Of a stretch of 64,000 bases of DNA, positions 1 to 10,907 are shown one piece after another. Both the position numbers and the translations under genes were made by a program. Within the stretch, counting starts at the first letter, position 1. Every line of letters starts with the position of its first letter. The notes under the pieces were generated by a model. It made no database searches and was not told the DNA's origin. It saw only the letters and a list, made by a program, of their open reading frames with translations. The stretch is from Sphagnum compactum (lineage: Eukaryota). The DNA is taken from contig OZ234493.1 in the NCBI GenBank assembly GCA_965153455.1, positions 1,054,001 through 1,118,000 of the forward strand, read 5' to 3'.

Positions 1-1505
1 CGCCAAAGGTTAAAAGGATTCCGTGCTCAATATGGAAGAGTATAATTGGAGCTTGGATGAAAGTGAGGTCCGGACTAAGCAAGGCAGAACCGTCCAACAT
101 CGTGAAAATTTACAGGCAACCAATATTCGGCAACCCTTTAATTCTAAGCGAAAGCGGAATTCCGCTAGGCCTCGGGGGATGGAGGGACGGGAGCGCCTTT
201 GCGAGAGCCGGCTGCTCCCGAACAAAGGATCTCTGGAACCAGAGAGCTCAAACCTGGAAAAGCCTCGGAGAGCTCGGAATGAGCTATCATACTTCGAACA
301 GACAATGTAAAGAAGCGATCATCGCCAGCATCCCTTGGCGGCTGGACGAAAGCCCCAACACTCCGAAGGAAGGAGACTAGATAAGCAACCCCTCCCCCTC
401 CTCAGGAGCTCCCCTCGACTGGATCTATTTCGTGCTCAACGCATCCCGGGGCCAAGCCAAAGTCATCGAATTCAAAAGAAACGCCCACAACGGACGAATT
501 CAAGCCTCCACTGACCAGGTGATCACCATCGCCACTGGCAACCTTCTTCCGGTCAGAATCCTAGAGCAAGAAAACCACGGGGCTTCCTTCAAAATCGCCA
601 AGGAGCTAAAGACACCTAGCAAGAAGACCCCAATCTTCTGGATTTTCGAGACCGGCTTTATCCAAGATCTTCCCTGGGATCCGAGGGAATGGCATTGGCG
701 GACCTCCTCGCCGCTAGGAGATGCGCCCTTCTTCGGATACACCGCCAAAAGAGGATACATCAACGCGCGGAGCTCCTCACACACCCCGCACATGATCACC
801 TTCATCCAAAGCCTCAACCTTCGGAACACCTCAACCCAGCAAGCCATTGCCAGAATTTGGCACAGCGCTCGCCCAAGGAAAGTGAGCACCCTCATATGGC
901 TCACCCTCAACCAAGGCTTACCAGTCGGCTCATGGCTCAAAATCATGGGGCTCCCCCCTCATTGCAAAGTTTGCAACTCGGGCGCTGAAGAGACCCCGCA
1001 GCACTGCTTCCTTGACTGCCCAAGAGCCCAAACCGCTTGGAAAGCTTATAAACGAATCTGGGCCGAGTGGAATTCCGTCCAGAACTTCGCTACTACCTGG
1101 CCTTTTGTGCTCCTCGGGGAAATTATCGCGGAACACGAAGATGACCCCCCCGGCCTCCTCGCGTACCACACCGGAGGCTTCACTTATCTCCGCCAACCTT
1201 TAGACATCCTTCGTAGTTTCATCCTCTACCACCTTTGGTCGGAAAGATGTAGGAAACACTTCGATGATCAATACTCTTTTCGCAAAGTCCTGATTAATGC
1301 CTAGGTGGCGACGGTGGAGGTCAGTATGGCCACCTGGAAGGCCATTAGATCTCACCGTCCGGCCAAGGACCGAGATATTCAGAGTAGAATTGAGCTTGCC
1401 TTTAGAAAAGTATGGCTGCATAAGAACATTCTCGGGACGGATAATGCCACCATTAGGTGGCACTACCTCCCCCCCTTGTACTTCCTTATTTACTCTAATG
1501 TTTGA
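1..1505 (+). mobile_element. Non-LTR retrotransposon (L1/Tx1-like LINE) ORF2, C-terminal part with zf-RVT zinc finger; disrupted, 5' end outside window
   Basis: One reading frame runs from base 3 to TGA 1503-1505; ORFs 57-380, 432-1304 and 1305-1505 are all in it. It is broken only by TAG at 378-380 and 1302-1304. It contains the post-RT motif SIWKSIIGAW and the zf-RVT signature KVSTLIWLTLNQGLP...CKVCNSGAEETPQHCFLDC...W...LWSERC. Confidence 0.85.
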
Positions 1506-1540
1506 TGGGGCTGCTGCCTCCCTCCCCGTAAGGAGTTCAC

Positions 1541-2042
1541 CCTGCAGCTCGCCACGGAGGCTACATCCAAATGGCACATTTTCTTGGGACTCCTGAAATG
1601 GAGTCCCGAAACTGTCCCGGCGGGACTCCCAAAACTTTGAGCGGCCATAACTCCCGACTCCGGAGTTTGATCGCAACAAGGTCTAAACCAAAGTTGTAGC
1701 CCTCGTCAAGATCTTTCCAACGCCATGTCGCACTCTCTGAGACGACGTCGGGAAAGAGTCGATTTCCGACTTTTAGTGGTCGGGAGTCAAACTGCCAGTT
1801 TGACTCCCGGCCCTTCTTTTGCCCATAACATGAGCTGCAGATGTCCGAATGGCCAATGCGAGGCCATTTTTGATATCTACATTTCAAGACCTTTCCAATG
1901 TCACAAAGAACACCTCAAGGCGAGGTGTTTTGGGCCTTGCTGTTGCGCTCTAAACATTCGGGAGTCCCGGGGGACTCCAAACCTCCAACTTTTCCAAGTG
2001 TTGGGCTTCACCCCCACACTTGGCCAAAGTGGGGTTGTGACA
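1541..2042. mobile_element. Right-hand part of a TG..CA LTR-like repeat (same family as 28943-29761)
   Basis: Clearly alignable by eye to 29261-29761 (ctgcagctc.ccacggaggctacatccaaatggcac ... ccccacacttgg.caaagtggggttg.gaca); ends in CA at 2041-2042. Confidence 0.85.
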
Positions 2043-5000
2043 CAATAAACCTCACAATAGACCTCTGTTCTACACCTTTTAGTGAAGCACAAAAATTCTT
2101 TGAAACTTCAATTCCATAACAACTACACACAAAAACATCAAGTTTGGCACAAGAAATACTTCCCTCACCAACATGAACTTGAAAGAAACTTCAATGTCAC
2201 ATTGCCACTCCAAACTCCAACACTAAGATTTGGTTGTTAAGTTGCCAGATGCACTTTTGATGCATAATGCACATTAACACAAGATCAACAAAAATGAAAG
2301 CTCCACATCTCTTTGGCGACATGACATCATGAAGGATAGGATTTGGCAAGAAGAGAAAACAAGTGACAGCTCTCGCTAGTGACCTCTTGCAACAACTATG
2401 CAAAAAAATCCAACAACGAAAAAAGGGACGTTCTCGCAAACGAGCATTATGGATGGTGGAGATGTGGCTTTTCGACAAGATCTACGACTCATCTGATTGC
2501 TACTTGGCAACACCCTAAAAACTTTAGGGCTTGGACAGGCGAATTGGCACCGAAGTTCAAGAGCCTTTTGGCCCATCCATCCCATCCATCACTGAATGCT
2601 TTCTAGCGAACTTTCATCATTTGGCCCCCCCTTTTTTCCCTTTGTACTTGTACCTGTAGCTGCGTTCTTTCAAAAGTAGAAATCTGGCTTATAATTCGCC
2701 AGAAAAAAAAACACTGCCCTACACTGAAATGTACCTTATTGTCAAGTCCCTTGTGACTAGTACAATGAGATGAACTAACTTATCTATCCATTTCCCACCC
2801 CACCAAATAAAGTTAGTTGTCTCTCTCGTCAGCGGGCTCAGCGGGGGCGGCCATGCAGAAGGAAGAATTACGGCCGTGGCGTATTATTGTGACGCCGGAG
2901 TCTTGTCCCCCCATCCCCCAAATCTAGCGCCACCCTCCCCCAACTGACTTGACCCCGCTAGTCCCCCAAACTAACTGCCGCGCCTTTTTCACGCCAAAAG
3001 CGAAACCTCACTTGAACTCCGTCCCACGCGCAACGCCACCCGCTCCACTCCCGTAACGTATGCGCCTCCAAGCATTTTTTTCCAACCATGAAATCAGCAC
3101 TCAATCTAGCTGCTTGGCTGCTTGGCTTTTTAAATTTTTTATTTCTTTCTTAATTTTAAAATAATTCCCTTTTTTGTTTGCCAACTATCCATGTGGTGCC
3201 TACCATATACTAACTTATCTGGCAATCAATTATTTCAAAAAAATGAAAAAAAATCAAGATGGATATATTGTATCACACAAATAAGATTTGATTCATATTA
3301 TTATGGATATTATATTTTCTGATAAACTAAAAAAAACTATCTAGTTCCTCCATTTATGTTGTACCAAATCATAAATATTATAAGTGTAATAAGGCAAAAG
3401 TGCTTGGTTTTGGGGCATTCAAGTTTTACACCAAGTGTTCCTACTTTCATGAATCAAATGATAGAATGGATTGACGCTACCTCAGTTTGGGTTTGTTTTT
3501 TTTCCCCAGTTTTCTAGTTGAAAATGGGTTTTTGGGAAAAATACAAAAACTGGAAAAAATATATCCAAGTTTTCACCTTAATTATAAAAGTTGAATACTA
3601 GAAATTGGATTTGAAGGTAGTAAGTTCTAATTGCTCAGTTTATTTTGATTTCTTAGTGGTAAATATTGTATACACATGAAGTATTTGGAGAAGTTTCCTA
3701 GTGTATTTGGAGGGCAACTTATACATGTTAATGATGTCTCTTAAAAAGTAAGTGATACCTTACACCTACAAGTGGCTTTGTCCTACTACTTATTAACTCC
3801 ATATATATGTTTAGGATTATGATAACATTCACTTCATGCTTATGATGGGTAACCAGGGTGGGGGCATTACTCAACGTGGGGTTGGACTTGTCCTAGGCCC
3901 ATTATCTTCAAAATGCTCCCACCAATGGGTCTAACAGAAGGCTTTACCCTACACAAACAACCTAGTTGACAAGGAAAATCTGTGAAGTGTACCTTGTGTG
4001 TGAACACTATTGCACATTTTTCATCTTTTTATTTGTCTTGTATATGTGTAGTCAATTTCATTAGTTCTAAATGGGCTTGGTTCTTATTGGACCCCATACA
4101 AAGGGGGTTGAACATTAATTCCAGTATTGGGTGAGTAAAACATTTTACCCTGAAGAACCAATGGGTATATATATACCAAGTAAATAAATATCCTACCTGA
4201 TTGGTGAAAAAAATTGGTTACCCTTTTAATTACCCTCCCCAGGTAAGAAATATGTCATACTTACCTTGTCTTTAATTGCTAGTATATGGTTGGAAATTAC
4301 CATTACCCCTGGCAAGGTAGTTGCTTTGAAAAGGGTAAATTGAGGGTATATGCCAAACTCATCATATAGCACATATGCATTTCTGTATTTTCCAATGCAT
4401 GTGGTTATCGGGGATTTGTTTGAAGTATGGTGACTAACTATTAAACATTCACTTTCTTTTGGTATTTAATCTTTATTCATTACATTAAATACCATAAACG
4501 GAGGAACTAGATTGAATTTTTTCTTGTAATACCTGGCGGGTATCAGGAGGAAAACCCCCCTTGTTTTCTAGTAGGGCTTTACAAATTGTGAATGAGTTTG
4601 CAAAAATGTATAGAACCACTACACACTTGAAAAGCTATAAGTGTCGACAGATACAATAATTGTGTTGACATTGGCCCAAACTGACATCCCCTACACACAA
4701 CATGATCACAAAATTTAAGAAACAAGGTAACACGAAAGCATAAAGGGTAGTCAACTGAGGATGAGATATGGCACAACATGCTATGATCTTTTCGTATTTG
4801 TCTTGCATAAACATTTGTTGGTGCCTCATCTGTTTGATGTTGTCATAATGCAAAAAGACACAATAAGTTACTTTCTCCAGGTTCCAAAGTAGAGAGCAAC
4901 TTTGTTGGATCTGCCTACAAGGGGAGAGAGTAGAGACTATAGAATGGTGGAGCTTTCATTTGGTTCTACTAATTATTAGTTCTGGGGTGTATTCCAAAGT

Positions 5001-5931
5001 TTGCATTTTTCTAATTTATTTTTGTTTTGCGCAGTGAGCACATTGATAGGACCGTCAAAAAAAATAATTCTAAGTCTGTGGACACTCACCCAAATAGAAT
5101 TTTGCATTCCCTAACTAGAATTATAGAAGCACATTCGTTTGGCCCAAGTATGTAGGTTATGAGGATTCAACCTTGGGCAAAGTTACGGTATAACGTCTGG
5201 TGCCATTGGGAACATCTTGAGGAACACATTGAGAACTGAGGGGCATAGGTTGGGAACACATAAGGAACATGATGACAACAAAATGAGAACTTGGTGCCAA
5301 CACATTGGCAACATCAAAATACAAAAAAAAGATAAAAGAATAAGGGTAAAATTGTCGTTACATCTCCAATTGCATAAAAAATCATAAGCTTATGGGAACC
5401 TCATGTGAGATGTCCTATCTTTCAAGTGTTGCTGGTTTGAAGTTTGAAATTGCCATAAGGGGCAGAGCCATTACTCCATGGTGCACTTGTTGTCTTCATA
5501 TATACTCCACATTAATCACCAAGAATTCACTACAATTTCTTAGTTGCTGAGATGGTACCTTAATGAAGAGAAGAGAGCCCACACAGATCCTTACTACATA
5601 TTAGAATTTGCATATTCAGGATCCTATCCTTTGTAAGGTGCTTCTTATTTTCCATCTTGCAAAGAGTGCAAAGAAATCATTTAGTGTTAGCAAAGGCTAC
5701 ATTATAAAACATGGTCCTTAGCGTTGTGAAGGCATTGTTTTGCTTCTAAGTGGGTTCTTAGATTTTTCTAATTTCCTAATGCTCTTTCTTTCCTTGCATT
5801 TTTTATTTAAAGAATTATTAGAAAATTCTTCATAGTAAGATTTAACCAAAATGATTGGAAAATGGTTTTTGGACAAAAGAATTGGTTGAGTAACCAGTTC
5901 AAACTTGGGCCAACAATACAACCTACACTAA

Positions 5932-6356
5932 TCTATCTACAAAGGAAGGTAGTTTGTTTATTTTGTTTTTCATGTTAAGCTCTCCCAACCTTGGTACTCT
6001 TGGTACCATTGGAAGGCCCTCGATGAATAGGGGTGCACCAAGCTGGTTTCATAATGTTTCAACCTCAGGTGGAGGAGTTATTGAATATTGAACACTTTTT
6101 CAACGAGAATTGATTTTTATCAATAAAAATAATTTTAAAGGAATTTGGAATGGCTCTTGGTATTGTTGGAAAGCTGTCAATGAGTAGGATTCAATGAAGG
6201 TGATTTGACATTTTTTAGACCTGAGATGTGAGAGATATTGAATTCAGATAATGTTTTTGTCATCGAAAATTCGATTAAATTACTAAAAATAATGATTTTG
6301 GAAGGAACAATTAATGGGGCAGTTCACACTTGGGCCAAAGACACAGGCTACACTAA
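5932..6356 (+). mobile_element. Non-autonomous Helitron-like element
   Basis: Starts A|TC (tctatctacaaagg) and ends CTAA|T (CTRR) after a weak tgggcc...ggctaca hairpin; no TSD. A second copy of the same 3' end lies directly upstream (5895-5931). Confidence 0.55.
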
Positions 6357-6459
6357 TGGAACATGCCCGGGCAGATGACATTCTACCCTCTTAATTTCCC
6401 GTTTTAAAAAAAAAAAAACTCTCGCTTCTCCCTGAAGGGAGGGTCTCCCCAAATTTCCT

Positions 6460-6465
6460 CACGTG
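6460..6465. promoter_or_regulatory. G-box (CACGTG) in the GC-rich upstream region of the BES1/BZR1 gene
   Basis: CACGTG at 6460-6465, upstream of the CT-rich tract (6681-6725) that probably marks the 5' UTR. Motif match only. Confidence 0.25.
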
Positions 6466-7353
6466 CATCTCTCCGGGCAGACCGCCATCTACCCGGACCC
6501 TTCCTCGATTAGTACATTTAATGTTCCCCATGGGGAGAGCCCGAGTGTTTGGCTGCTGCCCCGCACGCGCGCGCCGTCCCATGCGGATCCCGTTCCCCGT
6601 TACGCCCCATGGAGCAACGGAGAAACGCAGTGCTCCCCTTCTTCGATGAGCTTGCAGAAAGTTCTCGCACGCTCGCTAGCTCCCCCCCCTCCCCCCCTCC
6701 CCCACTCTCTCTCTCTCTCCCCATATTCTCTTCGTTGATCTTTTCTCGTCCTTTACGGCTTTATCAACTGGAGATATACCTCGTCTCGTTTTAGTTTGTT
6801 GGGTGGGGTTGGGAAAAAAGTACGTAACTAAAACTTGGATGCGAGAAATATTTTTGCAGAGTCACATACTGAGCACAGCTGGCCAGAGATGATCTATGTA
6901 GATGTGGTTGAACTTTGAAGCACTGGAGATGAACTTCATAGAGATTCTCTAAGTAAATATGGTTGAACTTTGAACCACTTGCTACAGGTTGGTTGATGCA
7001 CTTGGCTGCCTTTTATTGTTGTTGTTGTTGTGTGTGTCTGCGTCGCTTGTTGTTGTGTTTGTAAGCAAGCTGGTTGGGATTGGTCTTCAGCTTCAAGTCT
7101 AATCTCCCTCAGCTTCCTTTCTCTTGTGTCGCTTCTCCTTCCTTCACCTCTAGCTGCTGTTTCTTCTTCATCTCCACCACCCGCATTGTCTCCCTTGAAG
7201 AAGCTCCCGCTCCCGATCGATAGCAAGCACGGTTGCCGTCGAAGGTGCCGGAAAGATAGATAGACAAGCGGAGGAACAGAAAGCAATAGAAGTGGCAGAG
7301 AAGAAGTAGTGGAGACCTGAGGCAGGAATTTAGAAGTGGCAGATTCTGCAACA

Positions 7354-8642
7354 ATGACGTCAGGAACGCGACTGCCGACTTGGAAGGAGAGGGAGAACAA
7401 CAAAAGAAGGGAGCGGCGTCGACGAGCCATAGCCGCCAAGATCTTCGCAGGCTTGCGTTCGTACGGGAACTACAAGCTGCCCAAGCATTGCGACAACAAC
7501 GAAGTGCTCAAGGCATTGTGTGCGGAAGCTGGTTGGATCGTGGACGAGGACGGCACCACCTACCGCAAGGCATGCATGCCAGCTGCTCCCGTCCTCTGCT
7601 TCTCCTTAGTTTTTTGCGCTTTTCTCTAACCCCAGCCTTTTTCTTTCTGTCTTCTGTTGACAAGAGCTCGGGCCTCTCTCTCTTGCTATTACAGGGAACC
7701 AAGCCACCTTCTTCTGTAGGTCAACAACAACAAATGGAGGTTTCCCCATCGCCGTCAGTAAGTCCAACATCCTCATGTCCAGGAGCCAATGATGGCACAT
7801 CCCTCATCCCATGGCTCAAGGGTTTGTCTTCTTGCCACGGTGGAGGCGGTGGCAGCAGTGGGACTGCTAGCACAAGTAGCAGTGCAGGTCTGCCACCCTT
7901 GCATGTCATGCATGGGAAGTCTGCCAGTGCACCAGTCACCCCTCCTCTGAGCTCCCCAACTGCGAGAGGCATTCCTATTAAAACTGAGTGGGATGCAGCA
8001 ATTGCAAGAGATGGTTTCTCTGAGTGTCCCACACATGCATTCTCACAATCTGCTGTCAATGCGTGGTCACACCATTCAAGCTTGCTTGCTGCTGCAGCAG
8101 CAGCAGCAACTGCTGCATTGAATCAATCACACCTGCGCCCGGGCTATTGTGACACCCCAGATGGTTGCCGCACTCCCGCAGATGAAGTGGAATCAGATTT
8201 CTCTCCAGCCACAGCTCTTGAGTTTACAAGTATGGGCGTCTCAACTTCCATCAAGTGGGCAGATGGGATCCGAGTGCATGTAGGGCCAGCTGGTTCAGCT
8301 CCTCAAGGGCTATCATCGGGAGCATCAGGCTGCATTGTTGGAGGCATGGGCTTGGGTCCCTTCCCAACCATGGCCCAATCTGAAACACCTCCAGAGACAC
8401 CAGCTTACTGCAATCCTTGGCATGGTGGCTCCATGCAACCTGCAGCAAGCATGCCCAGCCCTCGAACTGCACCAAGGCTGTTGAATCCCTGTAGAGCAGA
8501 AAAGCTTGCTATCAACTTGGAGAGCACAGATGTACAGGCTTCATGGGAGATGACACCTGAGGCATTGGGCAAAAGAAAGGTCCCTGATGAGTTAGAGCTC
8601 ACATTAGGCAGCTCAAGTTTGCACGCATCACCAGCTCAATGA
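7354..8642 (+). CDS. BZR1: BES1/BZR1-family transcription factor, about 387 aa, 2 exons
   Basis: Exon 1 (7354-7569) encodes the BES1_N domain [72 protein letters not shown]. Intron 7570-7694 is GC..AG. Exon 2 (7695-8642) has the [22 protein letters not shown] and C-terminal EAR (DELELTLG) motifs. The symbol denotes the family, not a resolved orthologue. Confidence 0.93.
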
Positions 8643-10339
8643 AGAAGCTTTGGTACTCCATTATCTTGAGGATCAATGGTCCTCTGCAGTCCAAATTTAG
8701 GGTTTAGAGTAGAGTCAGCAGGCAAACATGTGCCAAACTTGCATAAGCAAATCCATGGTTACACATATTTTTGTAGCATTAAGAGGATTGGGAAGTTGGT
8801 TTGTGGTTTCTTGAGGTATGTGATCACCTATCTTGCTGATGTATATCACATGCTCTCCAAATTCGTTCTTGAAGAATTTGGGGGAAACCAATCTCAAACA
8901 CTTCTACACAGTGCAATTTATCCTTCCTAAGTAATGCCATTTGCTAATTCATAACAGATGCCAGGAGATAGTTTGCAAGGAGTATTGCATGATCCCACGA
9001 TTGCAGGTGATGGGCCTCTGCAATGAGTGTAGCCTTACATAATGGTAAAAACCTCAGATGAATTTTGTGGTGTATTCAGAGGTGCTCTTACAGAGTGTAA
9101 ATGCCTGTGTTGGTTTTTTCCATCATACCCAGTGGGTATCATAGGGAAAAAAGTGAAAAATGAAACAATTCCTTGATTTTTATGCCATGTAAATGCCCTT
9201 GGCTGCGGCATTACTGGAATCAGGCCTGCCTCAGCTCTGCCTTGGGCAGGTCCTTATTCCCTGAAGGACACCAAACCCTAGCCTTGGGCATTACCCACTA
9301 ATGTACTCAAGAAATGTTCATAAGCTAGTTCTCAAGCTTTGAAAAGTTTTCATTTCCACCAAAGAGAAAAAGAATATATAGTCCATAAAGAGTGAGCAGG
9401 GCTTAGACAAGCTCAGCATCATTAGTGTCTTCACTCTTGAGGGGAGCATTAGCACCTCTCTTGTACATGATACATGAGTGGACATCAACTTTTTTCCAGT
9501 CACGGATTTGCTTTGTTGGTTGTATCATGCAAGTGATTCTTTTTTGTGGCTAAATCTAGCCAGTTGGCTTTTTTTTTTTTTTCAAAGTGGCTAAAACTAT
9601 GTGTTTTCTGGTTTTCTAGTCACCAAAAGAATTCTACCATTTTTTTGGATAAATTGCCAGATTTCTCTATTGGGTTCCAGAATGTAGCCAAGATGTGATG
9701 GATTCTTTTTTTTAATTACTTTCATATCTATAATATATAGCCAAATTTGGCTAAATCTTCTTGTGGATTATCACGGGTTTGGTTTGGCTACTGGGAAAAA
9801 CAAAAAAAAGCCTGAAACTATTATGCCAGATAGCTTGACACTGATGTGTAAGGAAGATAAAAACTGGCAGCTGTTTCTCTTCGTCATGTACAGTTGCAAG
9901 TTATATAAAGCATCGCCTCTTTGCAGAGTACATCTGATTTGACACGTGCTGGTGCAACTGCGCCATCACATATGATTCATGATGTTGAGAAAAGTCGGTG
10001 TGAATATAAAGATTCATTTGTCATCCCCGTTATGGATCGATCTTGTGGTATAATCCAATTTGTGTGGCCTATTGCTGCACTAGGAAGGAATACCACATGG
10101 CTTTATAGTGTGCAGCCTTTCGCAACCAAGACACGGCCTTTCATATCACCACCTAAAATACCTGCAAGTCTTTTTCCTTTTGTATCTCCAGGCACCTCAC
10201 CAAGCCCAATGTGCCTCCAGTGCCTCCAATGCCTCCAATGCAACTTTGGTTTCGTAGATTGTAAACCACCTGAAAAAACTTTTACAGCCACTTAATATTG
10301 TAGGGTAGAACTGCCCATCACCAATCATTACCCTATCAT

Positions 10340-10907
10340 CGAACATTTATTTAGATCTTCATCTTTCATTTTTTGAGTGATTTAAAATGTTATGGGAGTG
10401 CTGCCTTAAGCTTTAGAAATCATCTTTGAAATGCAAAGGAAAAAGAGTAATGAAAAAATAGCAAGAAGGAAAATAAGCTCTCCAACTTACAAAATGTGTT
10501 TTTTTTTTTTTTTTTGGACCCCTCCTACTTTCAAAGCTTATAACTTTCTTATTTCTTATTCATTTTAAATGATTTAAAATTTTATAGTGGCACCTTGAGG
10601 TTCTACAAATCGTCTTTGAACTCTAATAGCAACATAGCGACATACAAGGAATTTTTTTAGTGTTTGGGAATTGGCTTTGTAACATTTGATGGTTTTTTTT
10701 TTTTGAGTTCTGGACCGCGCCCACCCTCTACTTTGGGGGGCTGTAACTTTCTCAATTCTAATATGTTTTTGATGATTTTTAGTGCACCAGATGCACCAAT
10801 AGGAGGGGTTCAAATTTTGTTTGGACACCAAAAACAATGGAGCCCTCCACTTGGATCCGGCCTGCCATAAGCGATTAAGTGTTTGCTCACCGGCTGTTCT
10901 ACCCTAG
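10340..10907 (+). repeat. Dispersed repeat with internal sub-repeats, possibly Helitron-derived
   Basis: Related blocks at about 10505-10595 and 10695-10795 (poly-T, gac..., ctctacttt, taactttct, gattt, gcacc). Ends CTAG|T at 10904-10908. The 5' boundary is uncertain. Confidence 0.3.

Noticed and set aside
378..1304. TAG readthrough or recoding in the LINE ORF linked to the NIKN eRF1
   Set aside because: TGG-to-TAG is the expected decay mutation in methylated TEs, the PBP model itself ends in TAG, and nothing links the two loci.
2043..2712. Possible retroposed fragment ending in an A-run at 2703-2711
   Set aside because: No recognisable protein similarity or TSD; too weak to call.
7380..8642. 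420-aa single-exon ORF from the ORF track
   Set aside because: Its first 105 codons are an off-frame reading of BES1/BZR1 exon 1 plus the intron; only 7695-8642 is real coding sequence.
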